A DNA stretch of 64,000 bases from Octopus sinensis (taxonomy: Eukaryota): the NCBI RefSeq assembly GCF_006345805.1, contig NC_043022.1, positions 16,554,001 through 16,618,000 on the forward strand. Direction: 5' to 3'. Below, in pieces: positions 26,183 to 39,835 of the stretch; the first letter of the stretch is position 1, and every line of letters begins with the position of its first letter. The notes under the pieces are model-generated. The model saw only the letters and a list, made by a program, of their open reading frames with translations. It was not told the origin of the DNA and searched no databases. Position numbers and translations under genes: made by a program.

Positions 26183-29100
26183 CTTCAAAAATGAAGCAAA
26201 TCTTTCTGTTTGTTAGTTTCATTCAATAATCAAAAGAAAATATACAGATTAGAAATATGGCGTCTAGGATTTTTTTATGTGTGTGTGTGTGTGTGTTTTC
26301 TTCTATTTTTCCTTATTATTTAATCAAACTAATTTAATGATGATGATGATGATTATGATCACGATCACCCATATCGAGATAATAAGCACAACCCATTTAC
26401 TTATCGTTTTATTGTTTGTAGACTAATAACTCTCAGCAATAAAATTATGCAAGATCATAATCAATGATGATGATGATGATGATGATGATGATATCAATAA
26501 ACTTGATAAATGTTTATCATTGAGATCTAGAAATGGAGTTTGTTAATCTGCTTCATGCAGTTCATTAATTTATCAAATATTTTTGATAAATTAGTTTTTT
26601 TTTTTAATATTTGTTTTTTTTTGTTGTTTTTTACATTGCATTCTGTGCAATTGATATTTCTTTTCTTTGTCCTTTTTTTTCTTTAGTCTATTGATGGTAG
26701 AATCTATTTAGAATTTTCTAAAAAAAAAAAAATAAAATGGAAAAAGAATTTTTTTTGTTCAAATAAAATCCTATTGAAATTTTGCACGATCATAAATATT
26801 TATTCTCATTTACATACTTGCACATTGATTTCACACATGCACAGACATGCACACACATGCATATGCACTCACACATACACACATACACATGCTCCTACAC
26901 ACACATGGACACACAGACACACACACACATCAAACTTTTTGTCTCCTGGACTGACAACTCTATGCAAATGATTGAATTAAAGTAAAACAGCTGGGAATTC
27001 ATGAGACTCTTCCTTAGTTTCCCCATTTGGCAGCCCTTTTCAGCCCTAGCTGCATATAGTCTTTGTCAGTGTTGTATAACCCTTGATGTTAGCATTAACT
27101 GAACTGTCCTGTTATGAAAACTTTTCCAGTGAAGTCCCTGATCTGTAGATCAATGATCAATATCAATAATCCATCAAGACCCTGATCAGTAGACCTATGG
27201 TAAAATTTGGCCCTGTCCAATCAAGACCCCTTCATCTTTTCTCAGACTACAGTGCATGTCTAAGTCTGAATTACCAAATATGTTTCTCTCTCTTTTTAAG
27301 ACTGTTGGGTGTAATTTTAGCTTAGTTTGGCTGTTAGTTTTAGCATGCTCTGTGACCATGTAGAGGCTTCTCCATTGATCTTTTAGGTAACCATTCAATA
27401 AACCAGGTGTAATCCATAAATCTTGATTCATCGTGTTTCCACTTGTTCACTGACCAGATCATGAAATGGCCTTTTGTTTCATGTGTGGTGCTGCAACCTG
27501 GGCCTGTTGTAGTTTTTCCACAGTCCACTTTGTTCCTGCATAATTGTAGCATCTGATCGTGATGTGCATCCAAGCACAGTGACTGGAACTATGATGTTAA
27601 TGATGATGATGATGATGCTGGTGGTGCTTATTTTTTAAGACTGTTCCTGGGTAACCGGGGGAGGATTAAACTCATATAGGGTTAGGGAATGTGTGTTAGA
27701 GCTGTGTCTTTTGAATATCCTGTATTCTGTATTTTTGTTCCACTGTGTTGACAGTTAATAGTTGACACTCAATAGTATGTGTCTGTGTGTAGCCTGGAAT
27801 AAGACTCAATAGTCCTTAGTTTTCATCTATGTATAGCCTGGTCTTGTGCTTTCGTCTGTCAATGTACAGCCTGAATGAGATGAAATGCATTATCATCAAT
27901 TTTTTGGAGTTTATTAGGATTTATTTTTCTATTAAGTCGGATTGATATAATAAATAATTAATCTAATATATTATTTCTTGTACCATTTTCCTTGGTTTCT
28001 TTACTATAACTTTGTGAATTCTGTCTTGGTTCTCCCAAATAAAAGCCAGTGTTGCAAACTGCGGATGAAAGCTATGGAATTTGGACAGAAAAAGCCCATT
28101 GCCAGTGTTTACGACATACCACGAAAATGGTGCTTTAAGAAGATTGAGAGAAAATGGTGAATGGTTATTGTGAGTGACATCAATAATACCTCGACTGAGT
28201 AGTAAGCTGACAGGACCGATGTCTTCAAGTGAAATGTATTGATGCAGTGGGAGATGGCAATGGTAGCTGACCATTGAATGGAAGAATATTAAACAATTCT
28301 AAGAAAGAAGAGAGAAGTTGAAGAATATTACAAAGTTTGGTTTAAGTTTTATAATTCGATGAAAAGTAAACTAAAAATGTTTAGTGAGTGAAGGATTGTG
28401 TCTTCGTCTTCAGGTTCATGAGAATCATTTGTCAAACTCTGAACCTGTTATTTTATTGTATTGTATTGTATTGTATTGTATTTTTTCTTTTATGCTATTG
28501 GAATGTGGTAAATCGGTAGACAGATAGAAATGAGTTTTGACTCTCAAATGAAATATGAAAGCTGAGGAGTTAATTTAGAAACCTGTTTCACACATGTTGT
28601 CATATAAAAGAAATTCTTTATATAAAGAATTTAAACATTATTCCATGAAAAGTAGCTTATATAACATTCCTTGTGGTAAGTTATATTGTAAAGATTTTAC
28701 ATTTTGTTTTTCCCCCTTTCTTGATTATCACTCAGCTATAAAATACATCTGACATGTAGATTCAACTAAATAAACAATATAAAGAACCTCAAGCATATTA
28801 TGATGGAGAACCAAAATGCATTCTTTTAAAACCAAATTTCAGAACCTGACTCACACAATTCCCTGCTATTCTTACATAAATTCAACATCACTTTTACTTT
28901 ATTCACTTTATTTTAACAAGTTTGCTCATAAAATTTTTTTTCTATTGTGTTTCAATGCAATTTTATGCTACACCAGAGAACATTTTAAATTTCTGTTTGC
29001 CTTTCGTTTCTTTCTTATACTTTCCCAGTCTCTGCAAAATATTTATCACAACTACCAAAAGCTTACTCTCAAAGTTTGAGCTTTATAGAAGTGATTGCAA

Positions 29101-29287
29101 CAAAGTTTATAATCACCCAACTATAAAGACTGCTTTATTTTCAAGTAAATAGCAAATTCTCACATATTTCTGTAGAGTCATTCATTGAAAGAAATATTTT
29201 CTGTATAAAATCTATCAGATCGAAAGGAGGTGGGCAACTGAATTAGTTAAGGTCTTTTAAAATGACCCACCCTAACTCAGTCTAGTC

Positions 29288-29492
29288 CAAAGGTTCTCGA
29301 CTATGGCTCCCAAGACTGCATGTGACCCTCAAACATCGTTCTGATGCTCCCACGCAACAGTCTTCCTTCAATAAATATAATAAATTTTTCTTTAATTGAT
29401 TTTTCTTTTACTTTTATTGGTGTGGGCCCCTCTCCCCCCAAAAAATCCAGGTTTGGATCTGGCTTGGATATTGAAATGGTTGGGAACCAGTA
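29288..29492. mobile_element. hAT/Charlie-like MITE
   Basis: caaaggttctcgac...ggttgggaaccagta; flanks gtctagtc / gttgagtc resemble a decayed 8-bp TSD. Confidence 0.55.
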
Positions 29493-31091
29493 GTTGAGTC
29501 TATTTATAAAGTGTTTAATGGTCTTACTTCAAAAAGTAAAGGGTTGCATTAAATAAAGGCATTTTGTTATTAAAAAAAAAAAGAATTTGCTTCAAGACTT
29601 CTTGAATGCCAAACCAAAATGTTTTGTGTCTTGAAACACAGAAATTAGACATGGCCAAATTAAAATCTATAATAAGATTTGACTGTAACCAACATGTCCA
29701 GACACAGGAATTTCGTATGGCAACACTAATGTTATGTTCAAGTCTGACAGACCTTAAAGAAGTTACTCAACCAAATCTTAATGCAGTTTTTTTTAAATGT
29801 CTAGACTGAATAATCTTCTAATTTGTGTAAATAGGAAAAAAATTCTCATATTTTAAGACAAGAAATGCTTCAATTATTTACAATTGTTTAAGAATTGCAA
29901 TTGTTGCAAAGCATAAAAAAATGGTATAGAAACTATTCTTTAGTTAAAAATGATCCCAGAAATAGTTGGGGTTTTTTTTTTTCATAAAACTATCTTTGGT
30001 ATGTTGTCATTTGTACTGTTGTCCAATTATTGCTATAGAAATATAATAATTATTGGGAGAGACAATGGTGGAGGCAGACAGACATCAGAGAAACAGGTTA
30101 GAGAGAGAGGAAAAAAATAATCAAAGTTTTGAAAATGTCTTTAATGATGCAATGACGCAAAGTTAACTGGAAATTGGTGATTTTATTGCCTCATTGAAAT
30201 TTTTGTTGAACAAATAAAACAATATCAGACTATTATTGATAGGGGTGGCTGATAGGGGTATTAAGGCAAACTAATTGCTTGAAGGTATTCAAAATTCCTG
30301 AAGACTAAATCCAAAAATGTTTATTCAATCATGCTTATTCCCCCCTCTCTCTCTCCTCATTTGTGGTGGTGAAGACGATTGAATGGGAATTGACAATGGG
30401 GGGGGGGGAAAGGATTGTACTAAATATTCCACAGTACTGAACTGAAATCCAATCTTGCGTCAGTCAGCTTCAGGTATTTCTTCTCCTGTGATTTACTGTT
30501 GATATGGGTGGGGGTGGGGGGGTAGGATCCTCAATCAAATATGTACCAATAATAGCTGTAAAGATTAGGGTATGGGAGTGATGCTGATTTGTGCCATGAA
30601 AAAAGGATCATTTTGTGAGCAAAATGGTGATGTTGATGTTGGCAGTAATGATGATAGTGATGATGATGATCATCATCATCTTCATTTCTTAAATGCATCC
30701 AAAACAAAAGCTAAATGTAAGATGCGGCTGGTTCATGATGCCAGTCTGATCAATATTAACAGAATTAATTGTCTGATATTCTTCGAGGCTGCCTGTAAAT
30801 AGTGTTAAAAATAATCTGAAACATTTGGGCAACTTGCATTAAGCATGCTTGAAGCAGAAGAGTTTCATAAATAAAAATCAATAAAAAGAAAAACTGGAAG
30901 AATTCTATTGATTTTTAAAGAAAAGAAAAACAGATTTATATGCATGTATAGATGCATATACGAGTGTGTGTACATAAAGGATAAATGAGAGTAGGAAAAG
31001 AACAACTTCTACTGAAAAGCACTACATTGTTTACATGTTCGTATCTATGCATGTTTTTATAAGCAAGAGTGTTTGTATAGACACATGTGTA

Positions 31092-31159
31092 TGTATGAGT
31101 GTTATAATTGTCAGCATGTGTCTGTATGAGTGTTATAATTGTCAGCATGTGTCTGTATG
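31092..31159. repeat. 31-bp perfect tandem duplication
   Basis: tgtatgagtgttataattgtcagcatgtgtc x2. Confidence 0.9.
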
Positions 31160-31534
31160 TAAAAGAATTTAATCAGTAATGGGTGTATACGTATATGTGG
31201 GTGTATGTCTGTCGAGTCTGCTAATATAGAAAACCAAGTTTGATTTTAGCTTCCAATTCTTCTGCTATTCCATTTTCCCTGCATTTATTTTAGAATGTTA
31301 TCCAGTTTTATCCAATTTCAGTGACTAAGAATTAACTGAAGGACAATGACTTATCTAGGGGTTGTTAAGTATTTGCTTAGTTGGACCTTATTAAAAACTC
31401 GCTCCGTTCTTCTCTCTGATTCTGTTTCAGTGTCGACAATTTCAGGTGAAGTTAAATACCTGACAACAGTAGTCACACCTAACTTGTTTTCTTATGTCCA
31501 ACTTTCCTCTCAGGGTGAAGTAGGCTATTATCAT

Positions 31535-31761
31535 TTAACCCTTTAGTATTCAGATTATTCTATCAAACATAATGCCTATTGATTCCCATTGATTTGAATT
31601 AATCATGCATTATCTCATATCTTCAAGATCTTGATGGTGTAATTACTTAATGTAGAATAACATTGTAGGGTAGGTGTGAGAGCCTGGATCTGGTCAGTTT
31701 GAACATAAAACAGATTAACTATTTTGGCCGGATATGGCCGGTTTAAATACTAAAGGGTTAA
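31535..31761 (+). mobile_element. TTAA MITE family D
   Basis: TTAA|CCCTTTAG...CTAAAGGG|TTAA; very close reverse-complement match to 45875-46101. Confidence 0.9.
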
Positions 31762-32096
31762 AGGGTTAACCATGTTTTGTACATGTAACAACCGAGGGTT
31801 CTATCCTTATTGCTTTCTATTTAACAATACTGAAGTCTAAGCTGGTAACGGGCTGCATTGAAAAGATCACTGGAGTCAGTTGGGCTTTGAGATGATTTAG
31901 TCTAATGTGTTTGTAATTAATTTTGTCCAGAATATCTCCTTACATCGTATTTGCTATCAGTTCCTTCATTAGAAATTCACTAATAACTTTTGGGTTCTTG
32001 AATTAATTTTAACAATTCCATTATCTCTGATTCAAAAATTTCGGGGAAAAGAAATTAGCTTACATATAGTTTAATCATCTGTATTATTATTATTAA

Positions 32097-32137
<41 letters not shown>

Positions 32138-32295
32138 ATAATAATAAAAATAATGATATTGTAACTTTGTTAATATTAATATCGTTGATATTGTTTTAAT
32201 GTGTTGCTTTTCCTCCACCACCTCCTCAAACTATTAAGGGTTGTATATTATGGTTTATATATTAGGTGACTGACTTTAATTATGTTGGAAAATTA

Positions 32296-32680
32296 TGTGT
32301 GTGTGTATGTATGCACATGTATATATGCATATATATATATATATATGTGTGTATGTATGTATATATGCATATATATGTGTGTATGTATGTATATATGCAT
32401 ATATATGTGTGTATATGTATGTATACATATATGTGTGTGTATATGTATGTATACATATATATGTGTGTCTGTATGCATATATATGTATATATGTGTGTAT
32501 GTATATAAATGTGTGTGTGTGTATATATATGAATATATGCATATATATGTGTGTGTGTAGGCATATATATGTATATGTGTATGTATTCATATATATGTAT
32601 GTATATATATATATGTGTGTATGTGTGTATATTTAGATGTATGTATATATGTATATATATATATATATACATATATATAG
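32296..32680. repeat. Degenerate (TATATGTG)-type array
   Basis: Direct inspection. Confidence 0.9.
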
Positions 32681-33185
32681 GCACATTCTCTGTGATACAG
32701 CATTACTCCTTTAAACAGAAAAAAATAATATCTCCAAATAAAACTAAACCAGCAAAGAAAATATCCTCCCCCACCTGTTTTCGCTTCCCTAATTGATAAA
32801 CTGGTCTCTGATGTTTACCTTTATTTCTTTTTCTTTGTTTAGCTTTTGTTATTTGTGTCTGTTTCGTCTGTTTTTCTTAATTTTGGTATTTATTGACTTA
32901 AAATTGATTTATTCTGAATTTCTTTAAAGAAATTACTCCATCATATTGTCCTTTGTTTCTTACTTAGCACCAACTTTGTTGCCATCGTTCTAAGAAACTA
33001 ATTCAAACAACCGGAATCACAAAGTCAGTGTTAACATATTTCTGGCAGGGTCTATTAAGAAAAAGCAAAAGAAATTTTGGTAAAGGACATGAATTGGGTT
33101 TTCATTCAATCTCTTCAATGTGTGTGTGATCTTGTGTATTCATTATTATGCATTTATTCATTAGTTGTGTATTTACAAATATGTG

Positions 33186-33385
33186 TGGGTGGGTGTTAAT
33201 GGGCATAGGTAACCGGCTCCCAAAGATGGTCCTCGTCAGTGAGATCAGTGCTGGAGGTACGGCTCATAGACATCCAAAAATGTTGTTTTCATGACCACCT
33301 CAAGCAGTCTCCCATTTTATGCAGTATCCCTCCCAATCGGTTGGAGCCCCTGGCACAGGAGACTGTGTGTGATGCTGGCTGTTGT
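33186..33385 (+). pseudogene. RTE (BovB-like) LINE ORF C-terminal remnant
   Basis: NRLPKMVLVSEISAGGTAHRHPK then, after a frameshift, FHDHLKQSPILCSIPPNRLEPLAQ; resembles RLPKxxLYSEL..G.R..GRP.KRFKD.LK. Confidence 0.65.
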
Positions 33386-33565
33386 TTGGGGTCACTTTCA
33401 GTGCCATCACTGCCACAGGATCTGCCTATCTCATAGGGGTCTTTGTCAGCCACATCTACTCCCATGAGAAATAATGTGCTGGAGGTGGAGGAGGAGGAAT
33501 CTCCTCAATCGATGTCGTCTTCCCCTTTGATGGCTCCTCATAAGCATGTCTATGTGCTCCCATGA

Positions 33566-33800
33566 TTGTTCCCACCCGGTTCTTACTCTGGATATCGTTG
33601 TTTCAGAACACCTACCTCCTCTGCATTTTATGTCACCTGGGTTACAGAAACTATCAGATACATTTATGGAGCATTCCAATTCACTGATGCAATCTTCCTT
33701 CTCTGCAACCTGTTGATGCATCTGCAGTTTACATGGATGCACTCCATAGAATACTAATCCAACTCTTTCTGCATTTTGAGCATTTTGGTACATTCACAGA
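33566..33800 (-). pseudogene. RTE LINE ORF remnant (Cys-rich segment and post-RT region)
   Basis: CSKCRK/RVG..CKLQMH and VSDSFCNPGDIKCRGGRCSETTISRVRTGW resemble RTE VDSFCYLGD.I..GGGC......RIR.GW. Confidence 0.7.
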
Positions 33801-33835
33801 TAACAGTAGGGTCCAGCACTTGCCCTTTTTTTATC

Positions 33836-34230
33836 ATCTTTTATCTTTTACTTGTTTCAGTTATTAGACTGCAGTCATGCTGGGGCACCTTTAGTTGAAG
33901 GAATCAACCCCAGAACTTCTTTTTATTTTTAACCCTCTACTTATTCTATCGCTCTCTTCTTGCCAAACCACTAAGTTACAGAATCATAAAAAAAGCCAAC
34001 ACCATTTGTAAAGCAGTGGGGGGGGGACAAACATAGAAATAAAGAAACACACATGCATGCATGTGCACACACACGACAGGCTTTTTCTAGTTTCTGTCTC
34101 CCAAATGCACTCGCAAGGCCCTGGTTGTCCTAGGGCTATAGTAGAAGACACCCAAGACTTCATTCAGTGGGACTGAACATGGAACCATGTGGCTGGGAAG
34201 CAAGCTTCTTGCCACACAGCCACACCTGCT
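33836..34230 (-). mobile_element. SINE family B
   Basis: Reverse-complement homology. Confidence 0.85.
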
Positions 34231-34461
34231 AATTAAATCTTTTTCTTCTTTTTATGCCTTTTGAGGACGCACAGACAATCACAAAGACGTTTCCTCACTG
34301 TCTTTCGTTGTCAGCAGAGTTGGAGGAATTTCTTTCTTGGTGGTTCATCATATTTGCTAAGATTGGTGAAAATGTATGCAAAGGTGTTTGCCAGATGGGG
34401 TTAATATGCCTTATTAAAATAATTATGTATTTAATTTAATTAACTTAATTACTTGGATGGC

Positions 34462-34600
34462 TTAGCACTTCTTTACCCAACCCCCCTCTTCTGTAAGCAT
34501 CACATGTCCATACCAGTGCAAACTTATCTCTTGCACATTACACCTGACTGCCTTTCTACACAGTTTTCCTCTCCTTTCTGTGTGCTTTAATATACACACA
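34462..34600 (-). pseudogene. RTE LINE ORF C-terminal remnant
   Basis: VRCNVQEISLHWYGHVMLTEEGGWVKKC resembles the RTE LRWYGHVMRM....VKKC motif. Confidence 0.7.
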
Positions 34601-35026
34601 CACACTAGCATTATATACACCCAGTAAAGTCTGCCCCACTCAATTCTTTCTTGCCATCTCACATCCTCCACATTAATGCTAGTTTGACTTCTTGTCTCCG
34701 TGTTGCTAATAATTTCAGATATCATCATTCATCTTTGTGATTCTCACAGAATCATAAACAGAGAAATAATCCAGCAAATAAACAGCTCAGTGTGTGTCTT
34801 TGGAGCCTCTGGGTTTTATTAGGAATGAGAGAGAGAGAGAGAAGGAAATCTAGTTTAAATAAATAAATGATTATTGTCTATATATTAATTTCCTGTCTCA
34901 GTTTTACTGTCACAAATAATTTGTGATATTGCCATGTGAGCTCTGCAGATAGACACAGAGAAACAACAGCCTAGCATTTGTCCTAGTAATATATATATTC
35001 TTTCGCTTATATATACATATATATAT

Positions 35027-35078
35027 CATCATCATCATCATCATCATCATCGTTTAACGTTCGCTTTCCATGCTAGCA
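35027..35078 (-). mobile_element. Family F terminal tail with (CAT)n
   Basis: catcatcatcgtttaacgttcgctttccatgctagcat matches 678-717. Confidence 0.75.
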
Positions 35079-35097
35079 TATATATATAGAGAGAGAG

Positions 35098-35524
35098 AGG
35101 ATTGGCTGTGTGGTAAGAAATTTTCTTCCCAACCACATTGTTCCAGGTTCAGTCCCACTGTGTGCCATCTTGGGTAAGTGTCCTCTTTTGTAGCCTTAGG
35201 CCAACCAAAGCCTTGCAAGTGGATTTGGTAGACAGAAACTGAAAGAAGCCCATTGTGTGTGTGTGTGTGTGAATGTTTGTGACTTCTGGTCTTAATGTTG
35301 CATAATTGTTGTAAGATTATTGTTTCTATCATAGAAGCAGTGCCATTGAATATTCCAATATTCTGCAAGAACTTGTTACCTTGCTTGGAAACAGGTGAGG
35401 GTTGGCAAGAAGAAGGGCATCTGGCTGTAGAAAGTCTACCTCAGTAAATTCTGTGTGAACCATACCATCATGGAAAAGGGGACTTTGTATGTTAGGCATA
35501 TATTTATGCTTATGATCATCATCA
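35098..35524 (+). mobile_element. SINE family B' (family B head with RTE-type tail)
   Basis: B head to aactgaaagaagccc, then ttaccttgcttggaaacaggtgagggttggcaagaagaagggcatctggctgtagaaa...catggaaaagggga. Confidence 0.8.
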
Positions 35525-37325
35525 TACATTTTCCTCCTATTGTCCCTGCTGACATGGATCATTATGGTCCAAGTCAGCCCTTATTCTGAATATCCCCACC
35601 CACCTCAACTGCCCTAGATAGGTCAGTGAACCATGTCTCACTTGGATATTTTATTTTTTAGTTTTTGTATATTTTTTATGGTTGAATGTACTTCTTAAGA
35701 AAAAGCACTTCATAGAATGTAATGGCATTCACCCTAGAGAGATTGTAACATCCCCAGCTAGATGAGAGACGCTTTCCTCCACCATGTTGTCTCCATTCTA
35801 TGGGTATGGTAGGTGGGAGAGCAATGGAAGAGAGACGGTGATAGGCAACAACATGCTTGTTGTCAGGAAGGAGCTTCAATAAAAAAAACAACAGCATGAT
35901 GTAATGGTAATGGTAAGAGTGATAGATGTGAAGGAGAGAGGGAAACGGGTAGATGGAACCGGGTATGGAGAGATTCAATGGTATCTGTCATTATATGGTT
36001 ATTGTGATGGAAGAGAGATGATGCATTGACAGAAGGGTGGATGTGAAAGAGAGGAGAATTTGACAGAAGGGTGGCTGTGGTGTGTTTCATTTAAAAGTAC
36101 AGGGATTTAAATTTGGAGCATCGCTTTAGTTATTTGTAATCTCATCCATCCATAAATTATACACACACACATTTCATGCGTGTTGAATATGCATATCTTC
36201 TATGCATGCATGTGTGTATCTATAAATATTCATGCATGCCCTTACAGCATGTGTGTTTATATTAGGAGTATGTATGTATGCACGCGTGTGTGGGGGTGTG
36301 TATTGTTTTTATAATTATGTGTTAATTATTTATGATTATGTATGTTAAGCCTGCCTGCTTCTATTTAAAACCTTTTAATTTTAATACATAATCATTTTAT
36401 CATAAAATTATAAATTTAAATTTGATAGGAATATTGATTATCTAAATTTAACTTAGAATGTTAAATTTATCAAAGCTTATTAAATTGTATTTGTAATTTC
36501 AGTAAAAGATTTACATAATCCATGTTCCTTTCAAGTGCCTAATCTTGATGGATCTATAGAAAGTAATTTGTTTGGTTCCTTTGTCTTCTCTTAATTTATG
36601 GAGAGTCAAAATTACATATTACTAAATCAAAGATCAGAGGTTATGTCGCTGTGTTGGCTTAAATGAAAGATGTTACTACATTTATCTCTGTCAATCAATC
36701 AAATCAACCATTAGTTTCCCAATTTTCAACAGAGGCCTTCCATTTATTTCTCCATAACTCTCGGTTTGGGATCTCTGAGCTCTAATTTTCATTAAACCTA
36801 TCCATTTCATCTCCCCATCTTGTGTGATGTTGTGTTCTGTCATTTTTACAAATTGTCAGGTTTTTTTGTCTTCCTGTTGTCACTCATCCTCTAGTTGTAA
36901 ACCTATTGAAATATTTATTTCTTAGCCATGGACTGGAGGTCCCAAATTAACAGTAAAAGGAAAGCAGACTATGGCATTCAGGTTTTTCCAGAGAATGTGC
37001 ATGGCAGAGGTGAAATGGATTCTCTTCAATAAAGAATTAAAACTGGCTTAAAGAAATGACCAATAATTTATGATCTGATTAAATATAATGAACTCTTCCA
37101 CATTATGATTTTTAACTGTCTCCTTCTGACCTATAGAGTGCCAGCCCTCTCCTGCATCTTTTTACACTTCTTTCCTCTGCAGCCTGCATCAGTTTCTCAA
37201 AGTCATTTCCTAGATGTTGTCTGATTGCTTTACACACAACGAAATATTTGGGGATCTTTCATGTTCTTCGTCATAGTTCTCTCTTTCTCTAGCATTTTCT
37301 TTGTCCCATCCAAAATTCTTCCTTG

Positions 37326-37652
37326 TTGCTGGGAATATCATTATGAGAGCATATTCAAAATGAGATAATTCAAGAACGGAGCGGAATGAATGCTGTGATT
37401 GCAGATTACAGAAAGCCCAAGTTCCGCTGGGCCAGACATGCCACAAGGCTCACATACAACAAGTGGACCCTCACAGTTGCTGAGTGATGTCTAAATGATT
37501 GGAAAGGACACTTGGCAGGCTTCCACGATGGTCGGAAGATGATTTAGTTAAAGGATTTGGGTTAAGATGGAATGGAATGGTGCAATCAAGACAGAATTTA
37601 AAATGCATTGTGACCAGCGATGTACAATAATATCTGATTGATACTGTGATAC
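37326..37652 (+). pseudogene. RTE LINE 3' end (ORF C-terminus and 3'UTR)
   Basis: LLGISL*EHIQNEIIQERSGMNAVIADYRKPKFRWARHATRLTYNKWTLTVAE* resembles MLGISLRDRIRNEEIR.RT....KW.WAGH..R..D.RWT..V.EW. Confidence 0.8.
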
Positions 37653-37721
37653 TTTATTTCTATGAAAAAGTGTATGTTTATTCTTTTTGAAAGTTTCCTA
37701 ATAGCATAGGTTAAGGTGTGG

Positions 37722-37954
37722 GGCAGCAGCAAGCTGACAAAAACGTTAGCACGCCGGGCGAAATGTGTAGCCGTATTTCGTCTGCCGTCACATTCTGAGT
37801 TCAAATTCCGCCGAGGTCTACTTTGCCTTTCATCCCTTCGGGGTCAATAAATTAAGTACCAGTTATGCACTGGGGTCGATGTAATCGACTTAATCCGTTT
37901 GTCTGTCCTTGTTTGTCCCCTCTATGTTTAGCCCCTTGTGGGCAATAAAGAAAC
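37722..37954 (+). mobile_element. SINE family A, full length with 15-bp TSD
   Basis: TSD gttaaggtgtggggc at 37710-37724 and 37956-37970. Confidence 0.92.
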
Positions 37955-39045
37955 AGTTAAGGTGTGGGGCTGGTCATCTGACCAGATTCACTGAATATAG
38001 TTGGATTCATTGAAAATTAGGTTTCCCTCACATCACTGGGACTGTGTTAAGTCAGTGAACTTTATTTGGCTGGAAATCGCTTCCAAATATTAGATTGAAC
38101 TTAATGCTGTTAGCAGCAGGAGTATTGTATAAATGATGAGTGTTTTTTTTGTCATGAAATGATGAGTTTAAATGCTCTGATAATTGTAGTTTGAAAACAG
38201 ATGAGCTCCATCGAAGTGATTTGTTCAAGATGCTTTCTGTAAACTCCTCATTACTATATTACTGACAGCATTATAGGTTAGGAGACGGAAAAAGTCGATA
38301 TGGGTTTGAAGGTTATGCAAATTTTAACATCTCAAACTGAGTCAATACGAACTTACTAGTCTTCTCTTCACACTGCAGAACAAATAGTTGTCATGTTTCA
38401 GTGTGATGGTAAACAAATATTTCTTTAACATAGCAAAAGGAATTACTTCAGCTTTCACAAAAATATATCTTTCAAGTTTGGTTTTGTCTGAAACATTATT
38501 CTAGTCAACAACTATTTTTTTACATCTGTTTTTCCTTCTTCTTTCTTCACAAGTTATAAAGACTGAAAAATAGCAAGAATATATTTTTTTCATTTTCCTT
38601 TTTTTTTTCTAAAGTGTATATATGTATATGTGTGTATTCATGTTTAAAGAGTGTGTCTTTTTATACAGACAAGGGAGCGTGTTTTTTTCCTTCAGCAAAT
38701 TAATCAACTTTAAGCGAGTAAATATTTCACTGATAACCAGAAACTAAGACTAAATTTTTTTCTTTTTTTTTTAAATGGCAAAAGGGGAATCTAAGAACCA
38801 CCAAACAAATCCACACGAATATAATTTACGATTAAAGAAAAGAATGAATAATAATTAATAAAACAATATTTGTTAGAATTGTTAACAAAGTTGTTCTGTC
38901 AGAGAAAACAGAGAATCCAACTTGATTGATTCTGTGACTTTCAGTACCTTATGTTCCAGTTCAGATTCTGCCAGCATCAATCTTGTATTCTGTCTTTCCT
39001 TAACAAAAGAACCAGTGATTTACTGACAGGAGAGTCAATAGATGA

Positions 39046-39429
39046 AGGCATAGCTGTATGGTTTAGAAGTTTACTTCATAACCACATGGTTTCAAGTTCA
39101 ATCCCAGTACATGGTGCCTTGAGGAGCAAGTATCTTTTACTATAGCTTCAGGTCAACCTAAGTCTTGTGAAGGAATTAGTTCAACAGAAACTGGAAAGAA
39201 GTTGTCTGGTGTGTGTGTGTGTGTCACTCCTTGTCTTGATACCATGTGCTTGATGGAGACAAGCATTACTCTCAACCAAGTGCTGTTGTTTGTTTTCAAT
39301 CTTTGTGAGCATGACAGGTTAGGGGAAAGTATTATCCTGCTTGGGAAAAAGTGAAGGTGGGTGACAGGAAGAGCATGCCTACTTTTCATACAAGTATGAA
39401 GAAGTAGACATTAAGACGGTGATGATGAC
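39046..39429 (+). mobile_element. SINE family B' (decayed)
   Basis: B head followed by gggaaagtattatcctgcttggg...ggtgacaggaagagcat...agtagacattaagacggtgatgatga. Confidence 0.75.
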
Positions 39430-39835
39430 TGGTGAGCAACTGAATCATTCTTCTTTCCTCTCTAAGCAATCTAGTTTTTTTTTTCACTTGGGCATATTTT
39501 TTTTCTTTAGATTTTGTTTATGACTTATGATATACCAACATCTGTCCAGGGAATCCGCACAAATTTGCAATTGCATTCTGTTTAATAAAACAAAATCCTT
39601 TAACTCTTTTGCTCCCACCTTGTTCCCTACAGCTTGTTCTCTCATACAAAAACTCAGTTTTGAAGTGTTTAGAGTGAAATTTACGTTTTTAATCTTAAGA
39701 GGCTGTTTGTTATGTTTCAAACATTAGCCTTATGATTAATTAAAAAAAAGTTATTTTAATAAATTCTTCGATATTCGTAATTATTTTGAGAATTACAAAC
39801 TTTGTATTTCTTTAGAAATATGGCAATAGAAAAAT

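Noticed and set aside
28558-28592. CTGAGGA...GAAAC-ct-GTT motif
   Set aside because: No credible stem II; likely chance
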